From contig JAHDYR010000012.1 in assembly GCA_019828565.1 (NCBI GenBank), positions 1-64,000 of the forward strand: 64,000 nucleotides of DNA. Direction: 5' to 3'. The stretch's first letter is position 1; each line of letters opens with the position of its first letter. The stretch comes from Carpediemonas membranifera BICM. Lineage: Eukaryota; Protista; Fornicata. Positions 1 through 12,869 of the stretch are shown here, in pieces. Both the position numbers and the translations under genes were made by a program. Below the pieces are notes generated by a model that was not told where the DNA came from, made no database searches, and saw nothing but the letters and a program-made list of their open reading frames with translations.

Positions 1-3000
1 CTGACGTGACGATGCGGCGTTTGCGAGAGCGTCCTCTCTCATTGCCTGAATTCCTAGCCTTCGCTAGCTGGATGGCTTGGCCAGCCGCCGCGCGTCTGTC
101 CTGTATTCTGGCGCTAGTCGAGTGGGTGCAGATGATGATCTCGTTCGGGATCCTGATGTTGACACCTAGTATGATCTCGGATGGTGAGAGGTGAGTGGGT
201 ATCCTGGGCGTCGAATTGACGATAAATTGTGCGACAGGTAAGTGCTTGACCCAGTCCGCGTCCCGGAAATGGAACTTTCTGGCCTTCAAGATTTTTGAGA
301 ACTCCACTGTTGGCCCGTTCGACGATGCCATTAGATTGCGGGTGATGTGGAGTCGTAACATGGGTGTGGAAACCCATCTCGTCGGCCAGGGACTTCATGA
401 GCTGATTGTTAAACTCGGGCCCGCCGTCAGTCTGTAAGACCTCGGGGCAGCCATAGCGTAAGACCCAGTTATTAACGAACGCCGTAACTGCGGCTTGCGC
501 AGTCGTACCTGTAACTGGAACCAACTCGGTCCACCTACTACACATATCTATGATGACGGAGATGTGCGTGAACCCCTGCGACTTGGGGAACGGACCTAAG
601 GTGTCGATGGCTACTCGCTTAAACGGTTCATCAACGGCGGTATGCAGACCATCCGGTGTATCGACGTGGGGTCTCTCGAGGACTTGGCACACCGGGCAAG
701 CTGCAATCACCTGGTCGACTGCGGCTCTCGACACCGACAACCCTTCGGCTCTAAGCTTCTCGGTCGTTAGTCGTCGAGATAGATGGGCGCCGGCGGTGGT
801 GTGTGCTTCTTCAATCTCATCGGTCGTAGCTTTGCGAGTGAACATAGTAAACACACGGGACAGACCATCTGCGGCTCCATTGTCCAGGCCGGCGACGTGC
901 TTAATCTCAAAGTCCAAGTCGGAAATGGCATCGGCCCACCTCCTGACTTTCGGGTTGATGCTACGGTACATGAAGGTAAGGTTTCGGTGGTCAGTGAGTA
1001 TGGAGAAAGGTCCCCAGGCAAGGAACTTGCGCCAGCGCTGCAAGGCCGCCACAATGGCGTACGCCTCCTTCTCAATCGTTGACCAACGAGACTGCGTGGC
1101 GTTGAAGGCCTTCGACATGTAACAGACAGGCTTGCCCTCTTGCAATAGGACTGCGCCGTACCCCACTCCCGAGGCGTCGGTCATTATAGAATGCTCCTTC
1201 GTGGCGTCGAAAATTGCTAGGGCGTCAGCGGAGGTAAGGCTCTGCTTGAGCTTATCGAGGGCCTCCTGCTGGGCGGTCAGGCCGAGACTTGTGTGACCGG
1301 ACATAGCTTTGATTAACGGGTGTCCGATTTCCGCAAAATGGGGGATGTGATCCCGGAAATAGTTGAGGAATCCTACTAGGCCCTGCATGCCCTTGATGGA
1401 TGTCGGCATCTGGAGATTTGCGATGTCGTCTACACGGCTGGGTGCGATTCTCACCCTGCCCATCATTGACAACCCAACCTAAGAACTCGACCTCCTGCCT
1501 GCCGAATTGGCATTTCTCGCGATTGAGCTGGAGCTTGACCTTACGCGCACGGTCCAGGACTCTTTCGAGGTTCGCGAGATATTCGGCCTCGTCGCTGCCG
1601 AAGACAATAATATCGTCGATGTAAATGTAACATGAGCTGCCCACGAGCCCGGCGAAGGCGCGCTCCATGGCCTTCTGGAAGTGAGCTCCTGCGTTGCGCA
1701 GCCCGAAAGGCATCCGTCGGTATTGATACTGCCCCTAGTACGGTGGTAAATGCAGTCAGGGGTCTTGATCGTTCTGTCAAAGGGATCTGGTGGTACCCGG
1801 ACGACAGGTCTAGAGTCGCGAAGATCTTCTGTCCTGCGAGCTGTGACAGCACCTCGTCGATACGAGGGATGGGGTAGTCGAACGGCTCAGTAAGCTCGTT
1901 AATACGGCGGAAATCGACTACGAAACGCGACTTGCCTCCCTTCTTAGGCACAGTCATAGCTGGGGAAGCGTATTGTGACTGGCAGGCCTCGATATATTTC
2001 TTGGCTAGCAGCGTGTCGATGTGCTCTCTCACGACGTGTATCTTCGCTGGGGGTACATAGTAAGGTCTGGCGTTCACGACCCGATCGTCCTTCAGAACGA
2101 GGTCGTACGGCTCTAGCCTGCTAGGTTCGTCCCGGTCTTGGAATAGATCGGAGAACCTCTTGATCAGTTCGGCTTGACTCTTGGTCGACTGGTCGGATAG
2201 ACTAAAGATGGCAGCGTTGTGCTTGAAAGCTTCGGGGACCTGGACTTCGTCCGAGTCTTCCCCTGACTCTACGTTCACGTCGGGGAGGATTCCCAGCTCG
2301 ACAAGGTGGGGGTACCCCAGGACGACGTCGAACTCAGTATCTAGCACAATCAACTCCGGCTTGAAGGACACTGCCTTAGGTGTAAAGGCTGACGGCATGA
2401 GTTTGATGTTCCCTTGCACGGAACCTTGGGACTGTATAGTTCCCTTGGCTGTACGCACGCTTCGCTCTTCATCTGATATTCGCGTCATACCCTTGGTCAG
2501 CTTGGGGGATATAGTGGAGCAGTTGGCTCCCCGAATCAATCAAGGCAACGACGTCTCGACCCTCGACCTTAACTTTGCACAGAGGTAGGCTATCTTTGCG
2601 TTTGTGTGAAGTCATCGAGAACAAGGACAAGTACTGTGGGGATTTACAGAACCTGTCAAGGTGTCCGCTCTTCCCGCACTTCTGACACTTGTTCTTGGGC
2701 TTCTTACACTCGTAGACGGCGTGACCCTTACCACCACAGTTATAGCAAGTGAACTGTGAATGATCACGTCTGCCCTTCTTGTCGATAGGCTTAGTCGACG
2801 CGTGTTCAGGTCTGGTAGCATGCGAACGGTCTTCGGTGGGACGTGACTGAGGCTTGCGATCGTTGCGTAGGTGGGAGTTACGGCTCGTGTGGTGGTGCTC
2901 GGCGTTGGACGGCTTGTCCTGGAACGCGTTGGCGATCGCGGTGCTCTCTTGGACTGTTCTGGATAGGGCTAGAACGCGCGGCATGGCATCTTCTAGCGAC

Positions 3001-3179
3001 ATGTCCTGGATCACCTCCTTGATGCGGTACATCGTCTGGTTGGATCCGAACTTGAAACAACGAACGTATATGTCGCGTAGTGTCTCGAGGGGGAACTCGG
3101 GTTGGACGACTGCCATGGTAATACGGAACTTCTTGTTGACTCGAGCAACTTCGATAGGGGAGAAGTCCTTGGCGGTGAT
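1..3179 (-). mobile_element. Ty3/Gypsy element A, 3' part (gag C-half with CCHC knuckles, protease, RT, RNase H, integrase); frameshifted; runs off the window
   Basis: Motifs CYNCGGKGHAVYEC/CQKCGKSGHLDRFC, ALIDSG, LDLSSGYHQ, YIDD, TDASG...EKEAYAI...TDHRNL, IDTLGP...QTDGGPEF...GIVERAN spread over ORFs 2469-3218, 1541-2539, 1252-1713, 114-1472. Confidence 0.95.
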
Positions 3180-3201
3180 CATGCTGTCTGGAGGGGGTGT
3201 A
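3180..3201 (+). repeat. Left TIR, copy 1
   Basis: Identical to 33079-33100; reverse complement of 15241-15262 and 50557-50578. Confidence 0.95.
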
Positions 3202-4037
3202 TGGGTGGCAGTATACACCTACGGAACAGAGGGGCTCTGTCAAAAATGTCCGATTTAGAACGTCTTACTCTGGCACCATGTAGCCCCCTTCCTGATGCAC
3301 CTTTGAGCACGTGCTTGGCCTGCGATAATTACTTGGCGTCCCGTAAAGCCCAAAAATTAATCAAATCGTCATCAAATGCGAATTAAAGATGCTGATATTG
3401 CTCATGAAACGACTCTGCTGATCAGCTGGGACTCTACGCGGCGATATGGCATGGCAAGTCTCTACACTTTGGAGACAATTCGGTCCCATGGTTCCTACCT
3501 TGACCCACGTTGTCTCGCGCGCGCGAGGACTCACTAAAAGGATATATCAACACTGGGAGCAGAAAAAAGGCACGGCGAGATGCAGGCGCTGTTGCTGAGC
3601 TCATTTTCCGGATAAGACCCGTTTTTGTCACCTCAACCCATTCATATTGGCGGCTGTTGCTTCGTTTTTGATCAAATCAAATGGAAACCAAAACGAGATC
3701 CGGGAAACGAGGATGATTGGGAGAGATAGACACATCATAAGGTCTTTAATATAGTAATGCACCGTCAATGAGAAGTTCTTGGTTCCTGAAATGGATTATT
3801 GATCCCAAACGCTTTTCTTTGAGGATAACGCACTTATAGCGGTGATTTCCACACAATTCATCCAAATACTGATCAAAACATCAGAACTGCAAGTAAAATG
3901 GGTATAGATCGTTTATCCACGGAGAAATCAATTGCTCCCAATCCCAGCTTACAAGAAAAAAAGTTAAGGGGCTGTATTGGGGCTTGCACTGATATCTCTA
4001 TATATGCCGACACAGTCACTGGGCTGCCCATCACTGA

Positions 4038-4101
4038 ACAGCTCTAGCCCAATACAAAAACATGAGGGCTCGAAGTTTTGGCCTTCTCGGAAAAGGGTGG
4101 C
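4038..4101 (+). repeat. Subterminal direct repeat shared by the left and right arms of the TIR transposon
   Basis: acagctctagcccaa...gagggctcgaagttttggccttctc...ggtggc recurs near 15140-15203, 33940-34003 and 50456-50519. Confidence 0.8.
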
Positions 4102-4376
4102 GGAACGCTGCAACACTACAATGCTAATGGACAGAGGGGAGGAAGTGGTCCACAGGTATGTCCTATGGGTCGCTTCTTCCCCTCTGTCCATTTTTTACAC
4201 GATATCGATTTGCCGGATTTGACACATGTTGTGCGATCTTTAACTCCTCGCGTCCAAGCACCTCTCCCAAACGATCTGCAAGATCGACCAGCCCTGGATC
4301 ACTTGGGCCTGCCTCCGTGCCCGGCCTGTTGCGATCAATGATGGTGATTACTTGCAACGAACGCGATCACCGGAAA

Positions 4377-4396
4377 TTACCTTACCTTACCTTACC
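4377..4396 (+). repeat. (TTACC)4 tract at a rearrangement junction; second copy at 12975-12994
   Basis: ttaccttaccttaccttacc begins exactly where copy 1 stops matching copy 2, at the transposase ATG. Confidence 0.85.
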
Positions 4397-4513
4397 TGCA
4401 GGTACCATGGGTGTTCGTTTTCGTCTCCAAACGCCATGGTGTAAGAGCATAAAGTGCATTTTCTGTTTACTGTGCCGTTGGGGATTGATGGCGCTGGCGT
4501 AGGGGTGCTGTGT

Positions 4514-6230
4514 GGGCGCCAGGGATGACGGCGCCAGGGATGAGACGCCAGGGATGAGGGAGCCAAGATGAGGGCGCCAGGGATGAGGCGCCAGGGATGA
4601 CGGCGCCAGGATGAGGCGCCAGGGATGAGGCGCCAGGATGAGGGAGCCAAGATGAGGGCGCCAGGGATGAGGCGCCAGGGATGAGGCGCCAGGGATGAGG
4701 CGCCAGGATGAGGGAGCCAAGATGAGGGCGCCAGGGATGAGGCGCCAGGGATGACGGCGCCAGGATGAGGGAGCCAAGATGAGGGCGCCAGGGATGAGGC
4801 GCCAGGGATGAGGCGCCAGGGATGAGGCGCCAGGATGAGGGAGCCAAGATGAGGGCGCCAGGATGAGGCGCCAGGGATGACGGCGCCAGGGATGAGACGC
4901 CAGGGATGAGGGAGCCAAGATGAGGGCGCCAGGGATGAGGCGCCAGGGATGAGGCGCCAGGATGAGGGAGCCAAGATGAGGGCGCCAGGATGAGGCGCCA
5001 GGGATGACGGCGCCAGGGATGAGGCGCCAGGGATGACGGCGCCAGGATGAGGCGCCAGGATGAGGCGCCAGGGATGAGGCGCCAGGATGAGGGAGCCAAG
5101 ATGAGGGCGCCAGGGATGAGGCGCCAGGGATGAGGCGCCAGGGATGAGGCGCCAGGGATGAGGGAGCCAAGATGAGGGCGCCAGGGATGAGGCGCCAGGG
5201 ATGAGGGAGCCAAGATGAGGGCGCCAGGGATGAGGCGCCAGGGATGAGGCGCCAGGGATGAGGCGCCAGGATGAGGGAGCCAAGATGAGGGCGCCAGGGA
5301 TGAGGCGCCAGGGATGAGGCGCCAGGGATGAGGGAGCCAAGATGAGGGCGCCAGGGATGAGGCGCCAGGGATGAGGCGCCAGGGATGAGGCGCCAGGGAT
5401 GAGGCGCCAGGGATGAGGCGCCAGGGATGAGGGAGCCAAGATGAGGGCGCCAGGGATGAGGCGCCAGGGATGAGGCGCCAGGGATGAGGCGCCAGGGATG
5501 AGGGCGCCAGGGATGAGGCGCCAGGGATGAGGGAGCCAAGATGAGGGCGCCAGGGATGAGGCGCCAGGGATGAGGGAGCCAAGATGAGGGCGCCAGGGAT
5601 GAGGCGCCAGGGATGAGGCGCCAGGATGAGGGAGCCAAGATGAGGGCGCCAGGGATGAGGCGCCAGGGATGAGGCGCCAGGGATGAGGGAGCCAGGATGA
5701 GGGAGCCAAGATGAGGGCGCCAGGGATGAGGCGCCAGGGATGAGGCGCCAGGATGAGGGAGCCAAGATGAGGGCGCCAGGGATGAGGCGCCAGGGATGAC
5801 GGCGCCAGGATGAGGGCGCCAGGGATGAGGGCGCCAGGGATGACGGCGCCAGGATGAGGGCGCCAGGGATGAGGCGCCAGGGATGAGGCGCCAGGGATGA
5901 GGCGCCAGGATGAGGGAGCCAAGATGAGGGCGCCAGGGATGAGGCGCCAGGGATGAGGCGCCAGGGATGAGGCGCCAGGGATGAGGGCGCCAGGATGAGG
6001 GCGCCAGGGATGAGGCGCCAGGGATGACGGCGCCAGGGATGAGACGCCAGGGATGAGGGAGCCAAGATGAGGGCGCCAGGGATGAGGCGCCAGGGATGAG
6101 GGAGCCAAGATGAGGGCGCCAGGGATGAGGCGCCAGGGATGACGGCGCCAGGATGAGGGCGCCAGGGATGAGGCGCCAGGGATGAGGCGCCAGGGATGAC
6201 GGCGCCAGGATGAGGGCGCCAGGGATGAGG
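4514..6230 (+). repeat. Minisatellite of 13-15 bp units (GGCGCCAGGGATGA, GGCGCCAGGATGA, GGGAGCCAAGATGAG) with higher-order pattern
   Basis: Directly visible tandem array; short version at 13112-13269. Confidence 0.98.
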
Positions 6231-6242
6231 AGTACAGTATTT

Positions 6243-6586
6243 GAACCCCGAAAACGCCATATTACCAACACCAATGAGCTTTATCAACGAAGATGCGCTC
6301 ACTGGTGCCGGTTATGGCGTTTTCGGGGTTCGTCGATCATTCTGCTCCCAAATCTGCACCTGTATTTTCTGGAGCATACCCGGGAGCTGGGCCAGACGAG
6401 TGGTGCCACAGGGACTAAGCTCCGCTGCTCAGCCTCTGCCAGGCGACACTCGTCTGAATTCTGCACGAAAAATTCAGACAACGAAAGATGGGCAAGGGCC
6501 CCGAAAACGCTGAAGTACCAGCGCAAGTAGAGCGGTTTGCAATAAAATAGCTTACTTGCGCTGGTGCTGGCGTTTTCGGGGCCCTG
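6243..6586. repeat. Two inverted-repeat pairs built on the motif CCCCGAAAACGC
   Basis: gaaccccgaaaacgccat / atggcgttttcggggttc (about 6244-6331); gggccccgaaaacgc...accagcgcaagta / tacttgcgctggt...gcgttttcggggccc (about 6496-6585). Confidence 0.8.
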
Positions 6587-6590
6587 GTCT

Positions 6591-6915
6591 TCCCCCGGGC
6601 GCTCTCCCGGGCTTCTCTCCCGGGCTCTTCTCCCCGGGCGCTCTCCCGGGCTCTCTCCCCGGGCTCCTCTCCCGGGCTCTCTCCCGGGCTCCTCTCTCCC
6701 GGGCGCTCTCCCGGGCTTCTCTCCCGGGCTCTCTCCCGGGCTCTCTCCCCGGGCTCTCTCCCGGGCTCCTCTCTCCCGGGCTTCTCTCCCGGGCGCTCTC
6801 CCGGGCTCTCTCCCCGGGCTCTCTCCCCGGGGCTCTCCCCGCGCTCTTCTCCCCCGGGCGCTCTCCCGGGCTCCTCTCCCCGGGCTCCTCTCTCCCGGGC
6901 TCTATCCTCCGGGGC
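6591..6915 (+). repeat. Pyrimidine-rich minisatellite (CCCGGGCTCTCT-like units)
   Basis: Directly visible tandem array. Confidence 0.95.
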
Positions 6916-7418
6916 TCCTGTCCCCAGCGCTGTTTCCCAGGCGCTCTGCTCTCTCCAGCGTCCTCACTCGTAAATGTACGTTGCTGTCTTGTCTGCTTGA
7001 TCTGATTTCATTTAGTGTGCACTTTAGGGGATAGTTTCATTGCAACGCCAAAATGGCGAGTTCAGGTTGTAGCAATGATCTGATGCGCGGAATGTACTAG
7101 AAAACATTGCAATTACAACGCAAAGCAGCGAAAAGCGGAGAAATCAACATCAATAACAACATCAACACCAAAAAGAACAGTATCCCAAAGAGTTGTGGGC
7201 GTTGCTGCGCCAAAGAGCAATAAATGACCACAAAGCATTCGCTTATGCACAATTAGCTGCCAGAAAGAACACTACACCGTTACTTTGGATCATCCCAGTT
7301 CGCCGGAGATGACGCAGGTCCAGAACGCTGCCTTGGAGGGCTGGTGAAGCGGTTGTGTAGCGCTTACTCGCCTGGCCTTTGGGGCTCTCTCAACATCCTT
7401 CCAGACTACTGCATTGTC

Positions 7419-7965
7419 ATTCACCGGAGGAGCAGGCCAGAGTCACTTGCCATCTGGCGCATCATGAGGAGATATTGGAATGTGATGATGTGTTTATTGA
7501 CTAAATGAGCTGGAATTAGGCGGGTTTGATGTTGCTTACATGTTCTGTGGCATGCCTGATGTCCAAAGATGTATTTTGGCACAGTGATGTTGTTTAGTGT
7601 GCTCATTGCTGACCGCGTAGTTATCTGACTTCAATGTGTCGTGTTGGTGCCAAGAAATCGATGGTAGCTCGCACGTTTGAGGTAGTTGCTTGTTGCATCG
7701 ATGCAACGCACTTTAAGGATTAAAAAGCTGTACCCCATTGCCGTTTCCTAAGGCCAAATGCGGCCCTCTCTAGCGTATATACACGCGTGAATTGGGACTA
7801 GATGGGACTAGATGCAGTGTTGTGGCATGCCCGGTCTAGCTGAATCCACAAATGTGGATCGGCTCGGGCTGCCGGTTGGATAGGTGGCCTGCTCTGGACT
7901 TATGGCTGGAGATACAGTTGGCAGGTAGTTGACTCGTACATGCTCATATGGACAACCGACGGCCA
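7419..7965 (-). repeat. Core of inter-cassette repeat R (inverted copy); another inverted copy at about 12458-12869
   Basis: Reverse complement of about 46916-47465 and 37790-38328. Confidence 0.9.
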
Positions 7966-7966
7966 T

Positions 7967-9355
7967 TTACTTCTGATGCTTTTCCTGCTCTCTCTTCTCC
8001 ATCACGTCGTCATACTCGGCCCTCGTCAGCCTCACAGTTGTCATCCCGGCATCACGGATGTGCTCAAAGGCCTCAATGGGCAGCTTCGGCATCTCGTCGT
8101 CGCTGTCGCTGCTGCTGCCCAAGTCTGACTCGCTCTCGTGATAGCGGAAAAGGCGAATGCGTCTGCTGGGCTCCCTGGTCTTCATAGAGTCATAGAGCGG
8201 AGCGAGCCCACTTCCATTGGCCCCGCTACGGACACCCTCATCGGTATCTCTCTCAGACATATCACACTCAACCTGTTGTGACTGAACAAATGACAGGTTA
8301 TCGACGAGGCTATCCTCGGCATCGCTGTCTGAACTCTCCTCATCCTCCCACTCTCCTTCCAGCATCTCCAACCCGGCCTCATCGTCAGACTCGCCCTCCA
8401 CCGCGGTCTCCGGCATCTCTGCCTCGCCAGCTGTCTCGTCAAACAGCGCCTCATCGTCAGACTCCCCCTCCCCCGTGTCGTCCCCCTCGGGCTTACGCTG
8501 GTCGTGGAGCTGGACCATCCTAATCCTGAGCTTGTTGTAAAGCCAGTCATCGAGCGTCGGCGGCACCAGGTCAGCAGAGCTTCGGATCTCCGGGTTGAGA
8601 TCGAGGATCGTTGGGCGTCGCGTGGTCGTTAAGTGACTGGACGCCAACTGGCGCCTGAACTGCTCATCGGTCAGGCTGATGCGCTTGTCCTTAATGACCT
8701 TACGAACCTTGGTCGGATCCCTGGGCCTGCCCGTCCGTCTCTGTGTCTCAATCACCCGCTTCTTGAGCTGATTGAGATCGACATGCACAGTGGGCGCATA
8801 GCGAAGCTGGTTAACACTCAGCCCGACCGACTTGAGAGCCTGCGAGAAGGTGCTAGGCATCACAGCGGACATCGCAGATGGTGCCCCGGTGAATAGCAAC
8901 CAGTCAGAGAGTTCCGGGGGAATCTGGAGCTCGCTCACATCAATATCGCGGGCTGATGTGGCAGTCATGCCCGTGTGGCTGATGATAAGAGCCAGCGCAT
9001 TGTAGGGGAAGACTAGTCGGACAATAGCTTCCGATGCGACAGGCTCAAACTGCCCAAGCGGCTTGACATTGTCTCTGCCGGAGTTTCGGAATGAGTTGAC
9101 GGCACTGAGAGTGACAGCAGCGGTTGCCTTGCTCAATGATGCAGCAAAACCGGGCACAAGCGATCTAACCTCCTCGGACCGGATCACGGAGAGCGCTTCG
9201 TCCTCGGTACTCCCTCGCTCACGTTGTACGAATTGAACGAATCGCGAAAGGTTGCTTGCAGCCGCTTTCCGGGAAGATTTCTTGCTGATGGTGCACAACC
9301 AAGCATTCTTCACGTCTTGCATGCTTGTTTCCATCTCCCGCGGGCTTCCTTCCAT
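7967..9355 (-). CDS. Transposon cargo protein (462 aa): degenerate tyrosine-recombinase-like N-half, AT-hook-like GRP motif, acidic tail
   Basis: Intact ORF homologous to 41410-42771; LIISHTGMT and GLSVNQLRY resemble YR box I and box II without the catalytic residues; RRTGRPR. The ORF is well supported, the YR call is weak. Confidence 0.6.
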   Translation of the reverse strand: MEGSPREMETSMQDVKNAWLCTISKKSSRKAAASNLSRFVQFVQRERGSTEDEALSVIRSEEVRSLVPGFAASLSKATAAVTLSAVNSFRNSGRDNVKPLGQFEPVASEAIVRLVFPYNALALIISHTGMTATSARDIDVSELQIPPELSDWLLFTGAPSAMSAVMPSTFSQALKSVGLSVNQLRYAPTVHVDLNQLKKRVIETQRRTGRPRDPTKVRKVIKDKRISLTDEQFRRQLASSHLTTTRRPTILDLNPEIRSSADLVPPTLDDWLYNKLRIRMVQLHDQRKPEGDDTGEGESDDEALFDETAGEAEMPETAVEGESDDEAGLEMLEGEWEDEESSDSDAEDSLVDNLSFVQSQQVECDMSERDTDEGVRSGANGSGLAPLYDSMKTREPSRRIRLFRYHESESDLGSSSDSDDEMPKLPIEAFEHIRDAGMTTVRLTRAEYDDVMEKREQEKHQK

Positions 9356-10590
9356 CGATATACGGATTTCAGACTTTCGTCATGCACAAAAATTCGAATC
9401 TCTCCAAATGCCCAAAACAGTGGTCAAACCGTGTTCAGGGGTACAAAAGAGTGCCATAGGCACGTTCTTGCATTTCAAAATATTCTAGAGGTCGTTCATA
9501 AATTCTCAGATGGCCAACAGTACGAAAGTCTGAAATCCATTTATCATGAGACCCGACAAATTTGAAATCCATTTATCGGGTGGATACATCACTGTAGAGG
9601 GTATTCATGGATATAGGTGCCTTTTCGGTGCCGAGGGGAGTCAACATTTGAGGTCGTGCAGGCAGAAAGTCTGAAATCCGTTTATCTCACCACTGCTTAG
9701 TGTTCATGGCAGACAACGCCTTCCTGGCGACGTCTGGGGTGTAAGGATTCGCTTGCCTCTGTGTTGTCGCATCAGCTTCGCTGAAAACGGGTGAACTGAC
9801 CCGCGCATTCGCGCACTTTATGCTCGCAACGAGACCGAAATGACGAACTGAAGAATAGGAAGAATACTGGCGGCTTTAACGATACAGGCATGCACATATC
9901 ACTAAGAAACATCAGTATGCGGGCGCAGAGCATCATTAAAGCAACAATTATCTCTAAACAACATCAAGTACCAAAAGTCCATCAGGACCATACAATATGA
10001 ACTATAAATAAACCACAGAGCAGTATAGATGATTTGAGAGTACCAGGCATGGCCAGAATACCGCAATTATCGTCCGTTCATCCACGTGACCTCCATCTTG
10101 GTCGGTATCCAGAGAACGCCCGTCAGACGCTTGCAACGGAACATTTAGGGGGTGCATCCTAAATGGGTCCAGATTTGAGGCACCCTTGGTCTGACATGCC
10201 ATGACCGAGCACTCTAGGGGCCTCCACAGTGCGTCCCGAGGTACGTTAGAGCACCACAGACCTTCCCCCAAAAGCTGACTCCTGGACACCTTGGCCGGAG
10301 CTCGCCCGAAGCGTGCCTCGGCTTGAACTAACGGCAAGAGAGCATAAAATCAGCCCTTTCGAACCGTGTTTTATGCTCTGCTGCCGTTATAGAATTATTC
10401 AAAGGGCCCTCTCTTTGCGCTTTTTTTCTGGTTCGTGGGACGAAGTAGGGACGGACAAAAAAGCACATACGGAAGGTATTGGAGGTACTGAGGCCGCCTA
10501 GGTACATAGTTGCCATGTGGATGGTTTCAGTTTATTACTTTTGGCACTCTATGTCCATTTTTTTATGCTCTCTTGCTGATAGTGCCGAAC

Positions 10591-12341
10591 ATGGACTTGC
10601 TAAAGTGGATTGAGAGCGCTAGCAAGGAACAGTACGATGCGATATTGGCTGCATACACCAAGGCAACCACCAATCATGCCAAATGTGCTGTCCTTCGCGC
10701 GGTTTTGCTGGATGAACGGAAACTGCTCGATCTAGTCATCAGGAAGCGTTTGTAGTCATAGCAATGCTTATATAGGAATCAACCTGAACCATATCACCAC
10801 GAAATTCCGCCTCACGAAGGACGAGAAGGAGGAGCTCCATGATAAGTTGAAGAAGCAGTTTATGGCACTCGCCGGACCAAGAAGTTCCAAGAAGCTCGGC
10901 GCGCTGGCGAAGTGGGTTGACGACAACCAGGCTGATATCGTGTATAGCCAGGAGAAGCGCAAGGCGCGTAAGGCCATTATTGAGGCCATTGACGCCGAGG
11001 AGAAGGACAAGGGCAAGGGCAAGGCCGAGAGCGCTAAGAAAGAACCCGTCGACGATGAGAGTGGCGTGGACAGTGGTGAAGAGAGCGGCGTCGACGATTC
11101 TGAGTTGTGCGACAGTGAGAGTGAGGTGGACTTTGACAACGAGTCCGACGATGAGATTAGAACGCGCGATCAAGCGCCGGCGCGAGAGAAAGATCGCCCA
11201 GAAGCTCAAGGAGTGGGAGGACAATAACGCTCGCAACTACGTCCTGTGGCATAGAGTCCAGAAGGAGGTGCACGGCGAGCTTCGCATTCGCGCCTCTCGA
11301 GAGTCAGCTTCGGTTGCTGGGGACAACCACGTCGACGTCCAGTTCGACAGATACCTTCGCGTATCCAAGCTGCTCGAAATGAAGGACTGGATTCACAAAG
11401 ACCTCCCATCTCTTCCGATGGAGGCACGAGTGCTCCATCACAAGGCGCAGAAGAGAGTACTCGAGCTGGAGGAGACCGTCACGAGGCTGCTGCAAGACGT
11501 GGGGTACGCAGCTGACATCTCCATGGGTGCCAGCCCGACACCCGCGCCGTTTCGCCGCGACCTACCCCAGTCGGGCACACACCAAGCACGAACGAGTACC
11601 CCCCGCCGTACGGGAAAGAGCGACACAATCCACATGAAGCGCAAGGCCCTCATGACAATCCCTCAGAAGATCGCTGATGTCGATAGCAACTCAGAGGAGT
11701 CAGACGAGGAGGAGATGGTGACAGAGGAGAAGAAGCGCGAGGCACACGAGGAGGTGGTGACAGAGGAGAGGAAGGGTGAGTCACATGAGGAGGACGTGAC
11801 CAAATGCGACGCCTGCATCCAGACTGAGCCGGAGACTCAGACTCGCATCACCTCTGAGGCCGCGGTGCAGACGTGCATCAACGCGGAGGCTCTCACGGCT
11901 GGCTGTACCGCGATTCATGTCAAGAGTGACGGCAACTGCGTTGCATATTGTCTCCAAGCCATTGAGTTGGGTGGCAGAGTTGATGGCGACTTCGAAAGGT
12001 GGCAGCGTGGCCTCTGCCAGTCAGTGAAGGCCAAGTACTGGTCTAAGAAGAATTTCACGGAGCGTAGCCTGACAGATCCGGACTCCGGCTACTATAACTC
12101 GAACGCCATCCGAGTCTGGGCGAGGAAACAGAAGCGGAACATCCTTGTTGTCCAGTCATACGACGGATACAACGGCATGCAAGGCATCTCCGCCATCTTA
12201 TACCTGTTTGATGGCACCACCATGCTTGCACCTGATGCAGACTTGTGGGGGTTGACAGATAATTTCGCTATTGTCATCGAAGGCGATCCGGCTCACGCCA
12301 AGCTGTACCAGAAGAAGTGCGAGGTCGTTGAGATTGAATAA
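10591..12341 (+). pseudogene. Transposon cargo: coiled-coil protein with C-terminal OTU-like cysteine protease domain (frameshifted)
   Basis: HVKSDGNCVAYCL (Cys codon 11937-11939) and distal GDPAHA (His codon 12294-12296); pieces in ORFs 10510-10755, 10847-11227 and 10917-12341 align with 38444-40175. Confidence 0.7.
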
Positions 12342-12869
12342 AGATTTGGATATGCCCGTGTAGCCAGCGGTTCATGACCTGCAGCAGACATTTGGACGTA
12401 CAGCGGGATACCACATCAATTAGGTCACTTGCGGGCTAAGATTGTCGTTGTCGATCGTCATTCACCGGAGGAGCAGGCCAGAGTCACTTGCCATCTGGCG
12501 CATCATGAGGAGATATTGGAATGTGATGATGTGTTTATTGACTAAATGAGCTGGAATTAGGCGGGTTTGATGTTGCTTACATGTTCTGTGGCATGCCTGA
12601 TGTCCAAAGATGTATTTTGGCACAGTGATGTTGTTTAGTGTGCTCATTGCTGACCGCGTAGTTATCTGACTTCAATGTGTCGTGTTGGTGCCAAGAAATC
12701 GATGGTAGCTCGCACGTTTGAGGTAGTTGCTTGTTGCATCGATGCAACGCACTTTAAGGATTAAAAAGCTGTACCCCATAGCCGTTTCCTAAGGCCAAAT
12801 GCGGCCCTCTCTAGCGTATATACACGCGTGAATTGGGACTAGATGGGACTAGATGCAGTGTTGTGGCAT

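Noticed and set aside
4514-6230. CRISPR-like array
   Set aside because: Contiguous 13-15 bp units with no unique spacers, no cas genes, and a eukaryotic context
4382-6302. Three 570-630 aa ORFs on the minus strand
   Set aside because: All three frames are open only because the minisatellite lacks stop codons on that strand; the peptides are repeat translations
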